DNA from: an uncultured Chitinophagaceae bacterium
GTDB taxonomy: Bacteria > Bacteroidota > Bacteroidia > Chitinophagales > Chitinophagaceae
Reading direction: 5' to 3'
DNA: 64,000 nt
NCBI GenBank assembly: GCA_964467635.1
Contig: CAYXRN010000002.1
Span: 1,388 to 65,387 of the forward strand
Positions 18,443 to 28,711 of the stretch are shown here, one piece after another (positions within the stretch are counted from its first letter, which is position 1; every line of letters begins with the position of its first letter). Made by a program: the position numbers and the translations under genes. Under the pieces are notes generated by a model. The model was not told where the DNA came from. It worked only from the letters and a program-made list of their open reading frames with translations, and ran no database searches.

Positions 18443-19249
18443 ATGTGCAGACTTATTAGTTGTTTTTTTACGGGATTTTTTTTTCTGATGAGTACTACCG
18501 CTTTTGCTCAGGTATACAGTACAGCTAACAATGGGATAGAAAATTTCGAAAGAAAAGATACGGTGAAGAACTGGAGATTCGGCATTTTTATCGCGCCTGA
18601 TATTTCGTGGATGCGTCCTACCACGAGTAAAAGTGATGACGGAAATTTCGAAGTAAAAAACAAGGGAAATGTATTCGGCTTTACTTATGGTATTTTAGCC
18701 GATTATTCTTTTGGTAGAAATTATGTATTTGGCACAGGGCTTCAGGTCAACACCACGGGAGGAAGAATATTATCTACCCGCATAGGAGATTTCCCTTCAG
18801 ATAAATCCTTCGTTAAATCGGCTGACTACCGATACCGGCTGACCTATCTCGAAATGCCTGCAACGCTTAAACTTTATACCAGTAATACTTCTCCCGTTCG
18901 GTTTTTTGCCCAAGCGGGTCTGATGCTCGGTATAAACATCAGTAAAAAGGCCGATTATACCGTCCTCTATACGGATGAGAATGGCAGTAACCAGACAGCC
19001 GTAGAGAACAGAGTCAGAATAAACGGATCATTTGCAATTGCGCCGGTAATGCTGCAAATGAATCTGGGTCTGGGCGTAGAATTTCCATTCAATGAAAAAA
19101 AGAGTGCCTTATTAGGAGTCTTTTTCAACAATGGGTTCTTGCCAGACGCGACTAATCCAAAGAAATACAACACCTTTTACGGACCAACTTTCAGGGATGG
19201 CAGGACCCGCTTGAATAACCTGTCATTAAGGCTTGGAATGTTTTTTTAA
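18443..19249 (+). CDS. outer-membrane beta-barrel (porin-family) protein
   Basis: Signal peptide ending AFAQ, alternating hydrophobic beta-strand pattern, aromatic C-terminus (...LRLGMFF). Confidence 0.65.
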   Translation: MCRLISCFFTGFFFLMSTTAFAQVYSTANNGIENFERKDTVKNWRFGIFIAPDISWMRPTTSKSDDGNFEVKNKGNVFGFTYGILADYSFGRNYVFGTGLQVNTTGGRILSTRIGDFPSDKSFVKSADYRYRLTYLEMPATLKLYTSNTSPVRFFAQAGLMLGINISKKADYTVLYTDENGSNQTAVENRVRINGSFAIAPVMLQMNLGLGVEFPFNEKKSALLGVFFNNGFLPDATNPKKYNTFYGPTFRDGRTRLNNLSLRLGMFF

Positions 19250-19323
19250 TTTTTTCAGAAGAAATTCATACGTGGATACTTTCGTTGCGACTGAATGATT
19301 ATTTTTTAGTTTAAATATATTTT

Positions 19324-21456
19324 ATGAAAAGACTACCTGCATTTGTGTTGACTGTTTCTTCCCTATTTTTTTTACTACTCTCCGAGAATGCTTTTTCCCA
19401 AGGTTATTTGGGTATCAGTTCGGGTAATTACTCGGGGATTACGGGTGTTTCTCTTCAACCAGCAAGTATTGCCGACAGCAGATTGAAATGGGATCTCAAT
19501 CTTTTTTCTATTGATGTTAATTACAACAACAACTTTTTTTACGTAAAAAAAGACGCCATTCTGGAAAATAAGTTTTTTAAATCTCCTTACAACAGTGACT
19601 TTAATGCTGTAAAACAAGATCTTCTGGAGATTGGTACAGAAAACAACGAGCCAGTTTATGTCCGTATGAATAGCACGGTACAGTTGCCTTCTGTAATGAT
19701 CACGACCGGCAAAAAATCTGCCATTGCCCTGAACCTCCGTTCAAGAACTTTTATGCAGACAGATAACATGACTCCTCAGCTTGCACGGATGATCTATGAA
19801 AATTTCCAGTACGAACCATATATGGGAAAGACCTTTAACATGAGCAATGTCCGAACCGATATTGTTAGCTGGTTGGAAGCGGGATTCACTTATGCACGGG
19901 TATTGTATAATGATGGTCAAAACTTCTTTAAATTTGGTATTACAGGAAAGTATTTAGGGGGCGTCGCCTCCGGTTATATGAGTAGTGATCAAATTAGCTT
20001 TGCCTTTAACAGTGACTCGACCATTTCAGTAAATTCGAATAACGTAAATTACGGTCACAGCAGTAAATTCGATCTCGATTTTGCCAATCGAAAAAACTAT
20101 AAGCCCGAGAGCTCCGCATTTAGTTACGACATTGGACTGGTTTATGAATACCGAGGGAATATCGACGCATTCAGCTTTTGGAAATACAATGAAAAAGGAG
20201 ATCCCGAATTGGCAGAGCGCCGGGATAAAAACAAATACCTGTTTAAAATTGGTGTTTCCTATCTGAATGGCGGCCGTCTTGACTTTACAAAACCCACCAA
20301 TGTTAATAATTTTTCGGTAGCTGTAAACAACTATGACTACGGCAACGTCCATGCGCATAATATTCATGAAGTGGATTCCGCTATTGCTTCTGTAGTAAAT
20401 TTAAAAAACGCAGACCGCGATTATACTGTAACACTTCCCCGGATCTTCAGTGCCCAAATAGACTTGAGATTAATCAAAGGGCTCTATCTAAACATGATGG
20501 GATATTTTCCACTGGATAATTCCGATACCAAAAGCAGCATACAAGCGGTTCGAACTTTTGCCATTACACCGCGGTGGGAAAACAGGTGGTTAGGCATATA
20601 CGTTCCACTATCCTTTAATGAATTTCATGATACGCATTTAGGAGCTGCCATACGGTTAGGCCCCTTATTCGTCGGCTCCAGCAATTTAGCTTCCGTATTG
20701 TTTGAGGATAAACTTAAAGCGGCTGACTTTCACTTGGGACTTAAAATTCCCGTAGGTTTTGGTAAGCCCAGTAAAGCCATGAGGGCTTTCAAAAGAATCA
20801 CTGAAAGAAATGCAATTTTTGGGGGCCAACAGGAGACGTCACAGCAAAGCACACAAAATATCTTTGCTCTTCAAGAAGCAAATGACTCCCTCAAAAATGA
20901 AATTGATCGATTAAAGCAAAAAATAGAAGCCCTAAAACAATCGCCCGGCTATCAACCGCCGCATATTCCTATAACGATAAACATCAATAACTACACCGGG
21001 GAAACAGATAAGAACAATGCCAATGGGACCAACAGCCACAGAGCAATACAAATCGACTCACTATATAGACACAAAGACAACGGACGTCAAGAAGGGGCTT
21101 TATACCAGAAAGGAGAAGAGGACTATAAACATGACAACGGCTACCAACAGCCCGACACCCTGAATTATAATTTTGATAGCAGGGGTGCGGTTACGACACC
21201 ATCGGACAGCATAAATTATTATAACTCCGATACCGCCGGTTACAGTCCGGATGCTTCGTTGTACGAGCGGATGCAGCAACAAAACAAGGGGTTAAGAAAC
21301 GAGCTACAACAGTTGAAAAATCAACTTCAACAGCAACAAGTTGACAGCCAAAAAAATAGCGTCATGAGAAAACAGCTGGATACCCTGATGCAAATGATTA
21401 ATCAGCAGAATGCCAAAATTCAGTCCATAGAGGATTCCATCGAAAAAAAAAAGTAA
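19324..21456 (+). CDS. secreted/outer-membrane protein with a Q/N-rich coiled-coil tail (possibly DUF5723-like); may be fused to the next ORF by a -1 frameshift
   Basis: Signal peptide MKRLPAFVLTVSSLFFLLLSENAFSQ, a ~500 aa beta-rich region, then heptad/Q-rich segments (LKNEIDRLKQKIEALKQ, LRNELQQLKNQLQQQQ). It ends in GAA AAA AAA AAG TAA. Confidence 0.6.
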   Translation: MKRLPAFVLTVSSLFFLLLSENAFSQGYLGISSGNYSGITGVSLQPASIADSRLKWDLNLFSIDVNYNNNFFYVKKDAILENKFFKSPYNSDFNAVKQDLLEIGTENNEPVYVRMNSTVQLPSVMITTGKKSAIALNLRSRTFMQTDNMTPQLARMIYENFQYEPYMGKTFNMSNVRTDIVSWLEAGFTYARVLYNDGQNFFKFGITGKYLGGVASGYMSSDQISFAFNSDSTISVNSNNVNYGHSSKFDLDFANRKNYKPESSAFSYDIGLVYEYRGNIDAFSFWKYNEKGDPELAERRDKNKYLFKIGVSYLNGGRLDFTKPTNVNNFSVAVNNYDYGNVHAHNIHEVDSAIASVVNLKNADRDYTVTLPRIFSAQIDLRLIKGLYLNMMGYFPLDNSDTKSSIQAVRTFAITPRWENRWLGIYVPLSFNEFHDTHLGAAIRLGPLFVGSSNLASVLFEDKLKAADFHLGLKIPVGFGKPSKAMRAFKRITERNAIFGGQQETSQQSTQNIFALQEANDSLKNEIDRLKQKIEALKQSPGYQPPHIPITININNYTGETDKNNANGTNSHRAIQIDSLYRHKDNGRQEGALYQKGEEDYKHDNGYQQPDTLNYNFDSRGAVTTPSDSINYYNSDTAGYSPDASLYERMQQQNKGLRNELQQLKNQLQQQQVDSQKNSVMRKQLDTLMQMINQQNAKIQSIEDSIEKKK

Positions 21457-21539
21457 ACGCTGATAGCCTTAATATAGGGAAGGTAACCGTTCGCCGACAA
21501 GAAAATGGTGACGAAGCTGATGAAGTGTATGAAAAGAGA

Positions 21540-22253
21540 ATGGAGCTGCTCCAAGAACGCCTAGAGAACCTGAAGGACTTGCAAAAACAGCTTGACAGGC
21601 AAAACAGGGTACTGAGAAGACGGGCTCGGGATTTAAACGATGATCGTCCTGAAGTCAAGATTGAAACTCATCCGCGATATACGCTGCCCGAAAGAAAAAG
21701 CAACATCCAGATAGTACCGGTATTACCGGCCTATGCTGGAAGAGGAAGAGACAACCGGTCTGCGGTGACCGACACGGTTTATCAGCAGGATACCGTTTAT
21801 ATAAACCGGCATCCAGCTGATACATTAGCAACTGCCATTCCGCCCGCCGGCAGGCACTCGGATACCATCAGGATTGTAGATACCGTTAAGGCTAAATCCA
21901 CAGCAAAACTAACCGATTTACCAGCCATAAAGATATATTTTAGCATCAGCAGTGCTTCTATAGATCAAAGGTATTATCCGGAACTTAATTTCGTCGTTTC
22001 CAGCTTAAAACAAAACAACCGTTATAATGTGAAAATATCCGGCTATACCGATGATTCAGGCCCGGCCGAATTCAACTTACGGCTTTCTCAAAATAGGGCG
22101 GATGCGGTGAAGCACTACTTGCTTCAAAAAGGCGTTCCAAAAGAACGGATATTTACTAATTTTTACGGAGAAGATACGCTCGAATCGGACAATGAGGCTA
22201 ACAGCAGAATTTTAAACCGGAAAGTAGAAATAAAATTTGTGGAAAAACAATGA
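21540..22253 (+). CDS. OmpA-family peptidoglycan-binding domain protein (no signal peptide of its own)
   Basis: C-terminal OmpA_C motif ISGYTDDSGPAEFNLRLSQNRADAVKHYLLQKGV...NRKVEIKF. The N-terminus is coiled coil (MELLQERLENLKDLQKQLDRQ). The frame is open upstream to 21402. Confidence 0.75.
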   Translation: MELLQERLENLKDLQKQLDRQNRVLRRRARDLNDDRPEVKIETHPRYTLPERKSNIQIVPVLPAYAGRGRDNRSAVTDTVYQQDTVYINRHPADTLATAIPPAGRHSDTIRIVDTVKAKSTAKLTDLPAIKIYFSISSASIDQRYYPELNFVVSSLKQNNRYNVKISGYTDDSGPAEFNLRLSQNRADAVKHYLLQKGVPKERIFTNFYGEDTLESDNEANSRILNRKVEIKFVEKQ

Positions 22254-22711
22254 AGCATATTATCGGAACGACTTCTTAACTGCAACTTGCAGCTTCCGAT
22301 TCAATTTTGGAAATATTCAAGCGTACGGTCTAGAGCCAACCACGTCAGCTATCCCGCAAAAACCGATATCACGAATTTTTCCGTAAAGTCTGATGGCTGA
22401 GCGCATCGACAAGCTTCCTCTTTTCTCGAAGTTAAAAAAAAGTGCTGCTACTTCCGGTTCTAATTACAATTAGTTAGATAGTGCAAAGACCTCTTAGGTT
22501 TTACCGGCAGGTATGCTGACCAAACGAATATCGCAGCCAACTTTAACCGCTGAATTTCTGCAGGAATATGGGAGTAGGCATGAGAAAATGCAGATGATAG
22601 ACTTTCTCCAACAATGTGGACGGATCCGGCTCAAACTGCAGGTCTTTGTCCATTTTCCTAACTTTTCTTAATTTCGGCCTTTCGATTTTATTTTGCACCA
22701 AATTCCACAAG

Positions 22712-24745
22712 ATGAAAAAAATATCCTCTTTCTTCCTTGCTGCCCTGGTTATTGCCGGTATCATGAGCTGTAACAATAAGGCAAAAAATGGAGCAAAAGA
22801 TGCGTTAGACCTCAGCGGTCTGGATACGGCAATAAGCCCGGCTCAGAATTTTTTCATATATGCCAACGGAACCTGGCTTGAAAAGACAAAAATCCCCGCC
22901 TCCAAAACCGGATGGGGTTCTTTTTATGTAGTCAGAGACAATGCGCTCCATCAAATGAAATTCATCCTAGATTCCTGTACCAGACTTAGTGACTCTAAGA
23001 AAGGGAGTGTAGCACAGCAGATAGGTGACTTGTACGCTTCTGCAATGGACAGCGCAGCGATTGAGAAAGCGGGGTTGGCACCATTGCAAGATGTTTTAGC
23101 CCGCATAGCAGCTATTCAGGACGCTAACGGCATTCTACAGGAAGCCACTACACAGTACACGCACGGCGACGGAGCTATTTTTAGCTTTTATGTCGGGCCG
23201 GATGACAAAAACAGCACGGTAGAGAGAGCGCAATTTGGACAGGGAGGCCTTGGGCTTCCCAACCGGAATTATTATTTTAAAGATGACAGTACCAGCAGGC
23301 ATATACGAGATGCTTACCAGCAATACGTCGCTCATATTTTGAAGCTAAGCGGGCATTCGGGAGATGTTACTGCTGAGGCGCAGGCTATTATTGAGTTGGA
23401 AACTAAAATGGCTGCAGCTTCTAAAACGCCCGTGGAGCTAAGGGATCCGCAAGCCAATTATCATCTTCTCGCGCTTACAGAAATAGCAAAGAAAACACCA
23501 AACATTAATTGGGCAAACCTGACAAATCGGCTGAAAATAAAGGTGGATACTGTTCAAGTAAGCCAGCCGAAGTTTTATGCTGCCTTATCTGATCTATTAC
23601 ATTCCGTGCCACTGAAAGTATGGAAAGATTACTTGACCTTTCATTATATCAATGGCTATGCATCCTGGCTGAGCCAACCTTTCGCCACAGCCCACTTTGA
23701 TTTTTACAATAAATTATTAAACGGCCAACAAAAGCCCGAAGCACGCTGGAAACGGGCTTCCTCTTTAGTAAATAGAAACTTAGGAGATGCACTTGGCCAA
23801 CTCTATGTAGAAAAATATTTTCCGCCGGCTGCTAAAAAATATATGATCGGTTTGGTCAATAACCTCCAGGAGACCTACAAAGAAAGGATTTCCAATAGCA
23901 CCTGGATGAGCGATTCCACGCAGAAAAAAGCAATTGCAAAACTAGAAGCCTTTACCAAGAAGATTGGCTATCCCGATAAATGGAAGGATTATTCTTCTAT
24001 TAAAATAGACCGTGGATCGCTGATCGGCAACTTAAGACAGGTCGGAGCATGGCATTACCAGTATAATATTGATAAACTGGGCAAACCGGTTGATAAATCT
24101 GAATGGTTTATGACGCCCCCCACGGTAAACGCCTATTACAATCCTTCTTTTAATGAAATCGTATTTCCCGCAGGCATATTACAGCCTCCCTTCTACTTTC
24201 AAAACGGGGATGACGCGGTAAACTATGGCGCTATTGGCGCGGTGATTGGTCATGAAATGACTCACGGTTTTGATGATCAAGGCAGCCAATACGATAAAGA
24301 CGGTAACCTGCACAACTGGTGGACCAAGTCCGACCGGGAAAAATTTGAAGCGCTGGCACAAAAAGTAGTAGAACAATACAACAATTTTGTGGTACTGGAT
24401 AGCGTTCATGTAAATGGAGAACTGACCCTGGGGGAAAATATCGCTGATATCGGTGGGTTGGCCATTGCCTATGCAGCATTTAAGAAAACAGATCAGGGAC
24501 AAAGTGATAAAAAAATAAATGGATTAACGCCTGATCAACGGTTCTTTTTATCTTTTGCACAGGTATGGCGCATTAAGAACACGCCACAAAGAATGCTTTG
24601 GCGTATTAATAATGATCCTCATTCTCCGGAAGAGTATCGGGTGAATGGTCCTACTTCTAACATGACGTCATTTTATAAGGCATTTGATGTGAAACAGGGA
24701 GACAATATGTACCGGCCTGACAGCCTGAGAGTGGTGATTTGGTAA
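22712..24745 (+). CDS. M13-family zinc metallopeptidase (PepO/endothelin-converting-enzyme-like) lipoprotein
   Basis: Zinc motif VIGHEMTHGFDD and downstream GENIADIGG. Lipoprotein signal FFLAALVIAGIMSC. ATG at 22712 is preferred to the upstream GTG at 22616. Confidence 0.92.
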   Translation: MKKISSFFLAALVIAGIMSCNNKAKNGAKDALDLSGLDTAISPAQNFFIYANGTWLEKTKIPASKTGWGSFYVVRDNALHQMKFILDSCTRLSDSKKGSVAQQIGDLYASAMDSAAIEKAGLAPLQDVLARIAAIQDANGILQEATTQYTHGDGAIFSFYVGPDDKNSTVERAQFGQGGLGLPNRNYYFKDDSTSRHIRDAYQQYVAHILKLSGHSGDVTAEAQAIIELETKMAAASKTPVELRDPQANYHLLALTEIAKKTPNINWANLTNRLKIKVDTVQVSQPKFYAALSDLLHSVPLKVWKDYLTFHYINGYASWLSQPFATAHFDFYNKLLNGQQKPEARWKRASSLVNRNLGDALGQLYVEKYFPPAAKKYMIGLVNNLQETYKERISNSTWMSDSTQKKAIAKLEAFTKKIGYPDKWKDYSSIKIDRGSLIGNLRQVGAWHYQYNIDKLGKPVDKSEWFMTPPTVNAYYNPSFNEIVFPAGILQPPFYFQNGDDAVNYGAIGAVIGHEMTHGFDDQGSQYDKDGNLHNWWTKSDREKFEALAQKVVEQYNNFVVLDSVHVNGELTLGENIADIGGLAIAYAAFKKTDQGQSDKKINGLTPDQRFFLSFAQVWRIKNTPQRMLWRINNDPHSPEEYRVNGPTSNMTSFYKAFDVKQGDNMYRPDSLRVVIW

Positions 24746-24857
24746 GATCCGGTTTATTTAAAAAATGTTAAAAATCTGTCTCTCTGAGGAGTAAACCGGT
24801 TATTTGGCCTGATAAAATGGGAACTTTGCAAAATTATTTTGACAAGGGATAGCATCG

Positions 24858-26228
24858 ATGAAATTTTTTAACTTCAGAAACATCGTTATTTCGTGCAGCA
24901 TATTGCTCATGACGATGGTGTCCGCATTGGAATCCTGTAAATATTCTCAAGGGCATACCAATCGCGTAGATTCTGTGCATCGGGATACGATAGCGGTAGT
25001 TCAAAAAGAATTCGGACTGCCGGTAGATTCATTCCAGCTTGTGAAAGCAACCATCGGGCGCAACCAGTTTTTATCAACTATCTTGTCGCCATATGGCATC
25101 AGTCCACAAAAGCTGGCTGCACTTGCACAGAAATCCAGAGAAGTTTTTGATATTCGCGACTTAAGAGCAGGAAAACCTTATACTATTTTCTGTTCAAAAG
25201 ACACGATGAAACAGGCCTGTTATTTTGTCTACCAACCCAACCCGATTGATTATGTTGTTTATGACCTGACGGACTCAGTCCGGATTTATAAAAATAAATT
25301 ACCGGTAACGACAAAAGAGAAAACGTCTTCGGGAGTGATCACCAGTTCCATGTTTGAAGCGCTGAGCAAGGTACGGGCAGACCCCGAACTGGCCATCAAA
25401 CTGGCTGATATCTACGCCTGGGACATCGATTTTTATTCCATTCAAAAAGGAGACTGGTTTAAAGTAATCTATCAGGAGCATTATGTAAATGACCAACCAG
25501 TGGCACTAGGCCGGATAAAAGCAGCTGTTTTTAGTCATGGCGGAAATAAATTTTATGCGTTCTATTTTAAAGATGACAGCACGCATACAGAGGGCTATTA
25601 TGACGAAAATGCGAAAAGCCTTCGCAAGGCTTTCCTCAAAGCTCCGCTAAAGTTTTTTCAAATTACCTCCCATTACACCCTTCGCCGATTTCACCCGGTA
25701 CAACATCGCTGGAAGGCGCATTTGGGCACCGATTACGCGGCCCCTACGGGAACCCCGATCATGTCTACTGCTGCTGGTGTAGTTATCGCCTCGCGTTATT
25801 CCCGTTTCAATGGCAATTACGTAAAGATCAAACACAACAGCGTTTATACTACCCAGTATCTGCATATGAGTAAAAGAGCTGTACACGTGGGAGAACATGT
25901 GAAACAAGGAGAGGTGATTGGTTATGTCGGTAGCACAGGGCTGGCCACGGGGCCGCACGTGTGTTATCGTTTTTGGAAAAATGGGAAACAGGTAGATCCC
26001 TATGATCAGCAGTTTCCACCAGCCGAACCCATAAACAAGAAAGACCTGCCTGAATTTCAATACCTTATGCAACGGGAAAAAACCGCATTGGGTCGGGTAG
26101 AAGTTCCTGCCGACTCCGGTCAACAACCGCTATACAAATTAGCACATAAAGCAGATAAAACAACTGATGAATTAAAACGACCGATTCTTGCGAAAATTTT
26201 GTCTTATGGCACCTTGCAGGAGCTATGA
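24858..26228 (+). CDS. M23-family peptidoglycan metalloendopeptidase
   Basis: M23 motifs HLGTDYAAPTGTPI and GSTGLATGPHVCYRFW. Confidence 0.88.
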   Translation: MKFFNFRNIVISCSILLMTMVSALESCKYSQGHTNRVDSVHRDTIAVVQKEFGLPVDSFQLVKATIGRNQFLSTILSPYGISPQKLAALAQKSREVFDIRDLRAGKPYTIFCSKDTMKQACYFVYQPNPIDYVVYDLTDSVRIYKNKLPVTTKEKTSSGVITSSMFEALSKVRADPELAIKLADIYAWDIDFYSIQKGDWFKVIYQEHYVNDQPVALGRIKAAVFSHGGNKFYAFYFKDDSTHTEGYYDENAKSLRKAFLKAPLKFFQITSHYTLRRFHPVQHRWKAHLGTDYAAPTGTPIMSTAAGVVIASRYSRFNGNYVKIKHNSVYTTQYLHMSKRAVHVGEHVKQGEVIGYVGSTGLATGPHVCYRFWKNGKQVDPYDQQFPPAEPINKKDLPEFQYLMQREKTALGRVEVPADSGQQPLYKLAHKADKTTDELKRPILAKILSYGTLQEL

Positions 26229-26240
26229 AGCATACCGTTA

Positions 26241-28508
26241 TTAATTTGTGCCGACTTTTTTCTGCCGAACAGAATAATAAAGGCCGATGGCTTCTCTAGC
26301 GATTCTCTCGTAAAGGTTTTTAATTATTCGCCGATGCTCCGAACCGGTATCCGGAAATGTACTGATCAATTCGTCCAATTGGCGGACAAGCGCCTCGGAA
26401 GAAGGAAGGTCGGTGTTCGGTACTGCTGCTGTAAGATGAGCCGATGCTTCTAAAATCTTCGTTATTTCCCGTTCAAAGCTTTGTACTTCAGGAAAAGCAA
26501 TATCATAGGTTTTCAGCAATTGCTGATTCAAAGTTTTTAGTAAACGAGTCAGGCGGATATTATAACCAATAATAATATAATACCATTGATGGTTGGCCTG
26601 TTTGTGCTCCGGTTCTTCTTTCATCCTCCGGAGGGATTGAAAAGCATTGGAGTTGGCTACTTCGGCATCCCTTCTGGGCTTTAGATAATCCGTTTTTTTC
26701 CGCTTCTTTTTCTCTGCCGTAGCAAGCAACTCTTCAAGATAGGTTTTATTGGCCTGAATCGCTTCTTTCATCAGGGTAGGAAAGCGATACCGTTCCCATA
26801 ATGGAAAGAAAGCATATCCACCCAGCAAGGCAAGGCCCGCTCCGCCGAAAGTATTCAAGACTCGTATCAGTCCAAGCTGCCAGGTCACCGGCTCCATTAA
26901 GTGATATAAAGCGATGACCATGATGGTGATAAAAAAGGCTGCAACAGCGTAATTATGTTGGATATAATAGGCCATAATAAATACACAGACAACCACTATG
27001 AAAAAACTAACGGGCAAAGGCATCGGAAACAAAAAAATCAACGAACCAAACGCCGCCCCAAGAATAGTTCCCTTTATCCGGCGGAATGCCTTGGTAAGCG
27101 TCGCGCCAAACTCCGGCTGGAGGATGATCATCACCGTCATTGCAATCCAGTAACCATGCGGAACATTAAATATTTTATAAATGGCTATCCCCAAGCCCAT
27201 CGCCAACGCCAATCGTAAAGAAAAACGAAACGCAAATGATCTCCAACTCAGTTCTATTCTCACCAAAGGGATCTTCTGCGGAATGGTCATGCCCGTAAAA
27301 AAGTTACGCATAAAAAAGGTCATGCTACCGGATTTTTTACTCATCTGTTCTAAAATAGTGATCGCTTCTTCCAAATAACGAATTATTTCATTCAACGATT
27401 GAATGAGCTGATAGTGTTCTGCCTTTATTTTGGGCAGATCCTGAATCAATAATGCGATATTGTTTTTTATTCTTTGTATACTTAATGTCGCGGCATACAC
27501 GTTTTCTGGACGGCTGGAAATAATGCTGATAGCGATGCGATGAGCAGCTTGACTCATATTTTCCATAATATAAAGAATCAGCTTATCGGGGTAGGCTTTC
27601 TCCTTTTTGAGGTTTTTAATTGCGTCAAACAAAGAAGAAACAGCCGGATCGGCAAATGAGACAACGCGCCTTAGCTCCACCAAGTGGTAGGATAGCCTAT
27701 TCTGGTAGGAATGGGCAAGAGCCTGGCGGCGGCTGAGAACGGCCATCGAATCATTGAGGGCGGTACGAAAGTCGAGTTCTTTCTCATCCAGCAGGTCATC
27801 GGTCAATAAGGCTCCTTTTTTTAAGGTGGTAGAGAAGAGTTGCAGCCAGTCCGACATGGCTTTCCAGGTAGAAGATATTGATCTTCGGAAAGGACTGTAG
27901 GGAATAAAAACCCAACTGAAAAGCGTAAATACAAGTGCAATGACCCCTCCGCAAAGCACCCACACAAACATTTCTCCGGCATCTACAAAATTACCGGGGC
28001 GATCAAGGCTTATCAGAAAGATCAGCAAAGTCCCTATGGTAATACCCGGGCCCTGAGGACCACTCTGCCGTACAAACCCTCCGAAAAAGGCCAGCAGCAG
28101 CATCAGTATAATGGACCAAAAATCATTTCCTCCCACAATTGTACCCAGCATACCGGCTACGCTACTGGATACCACTGCACCACTTAGGATCAGTAATTTT
28201 ACCGGGTAGCTTCCTTCCAGTTTAGCGAAAGTAAGGACCTCCGCACCTATAGCGATCCAGACAGCAGCCTCCGTATTACCGGTAAACATCCCCCAGGCAA
28301 GCGGTAAAATAAAAGCAAGCGTTACCCGGATAGCCCGGCCTAGCGCCGGCTCAAAATACTCATCTAAAAAAATATGCTTGAGGCCTGACAATCTCGTTAT
28401 TTTTAAACCTACAAAATTATGCAATGTGCCGTAAAACCCATCACCCACGAAGCCCGACTGCGAGGCACCACGAGACAGGGCCGTACCGTTAGTAAAGCTG
28501 TGACCCAC
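26241..28508 (-). CDS. FUSC/YccS-family inner-membrane protein (two multi-TM blocks separated by a cytoplasmic helical domain)
   Basis: 755 aa with two clusters of ~5 TM helices and long alpha-helical linkers. The architecture is typical of fusaric-acid-resistance-like proteins. GTG start. Confidence 0.7.
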   Translation of the reverse strand: MGHSFTNGTALSRGASQSGFVGDGFYGTLHNFVGLKITRLSGLKHIFLDEYFEPALGRAIRVTLAFILPLAWGMFTGNTEAAVWIAIGAEVLTFAKLEGSYPVKLLILSGAVVSSSVAGMLGTIVGGNDFWSIILMLLLAFFGGFVRQSGPQGPGITIGTLLIFLISLDRPGNFVDAGEMFVWVLCGGVIALVFTLFSWVFIPYSPFRRSISSTWKAMSDWLQLFSTTLKKGALLTDDLLDEKELDFRTALNDSMAVLSRRQALAHSYQNRLSYHLVELRRVVSFADPAVSSLFDAIKNLKKEKAYPDKLILYIMENMSQAAHRIAISIISSRPENVYAATLSIQRIKNNIALLIQDLPKIKAEHYQLIQSLNEIIRYLEEAITILEQMSKKSGSMTFFMRNFFTGMTIPQKIPLVRIELSWRSFAFRFSLRLALAMGLGIAIYKIFNVPHGYWIAMTVMIILQPEFGATLTKAFRRIKGTILGAAFGSLIFLFPMPLPVSFFIVVVCVFIMAYYIQHNYAVAAFFITIMVIALYHLMEPVTWQLGLIRVLNTFGGAGLALLGGYAFFPLWERYRFPTLMKEAIQANKTYLEELLATAEKKKRKKTDYLKPRRDAEVANSNAFQSLRRMKEEPEHKQANHQWYYIIIGYNIRLTRLLKTLNQQLLKTYDIAFPEVQSFEREITKILEASAHLTAAVPNTDLPSSEALVRQLDELISTFPDTGSEHRRIIKNLYERIAREAIGLYYSVRQKKVGTN

Positions 28509-28711
28509 GAAACGCTCATCGCCTATGATGTGACTGGTTCACAATGACCAAAGTCTTAAATATACTAAAAATATAAAACTCCGCCGTTTCATCACCTCGG
28601 CAAGTTTTCTGTATTATTTGGACTAAGCTATTGCATATCAATATATTTTTAGTTCTTTTGCGCTTCCAAGAACAATATGAAGAATAATCAAAGAATCATT
28701 TAAACAGTTTT

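Noticed and set aside
22616-22711. The upstream GTG-initiated extension of the M13 peptidase ORF, and the antisense ORF 22543..22776.
   Set aside because: The extension precedes a perfect lipoprotein signal peptide that starts at ATG 22712 (MKKISSFFLAALVIAGIMSC). The antisense ORF overlaps this start region and has no support.
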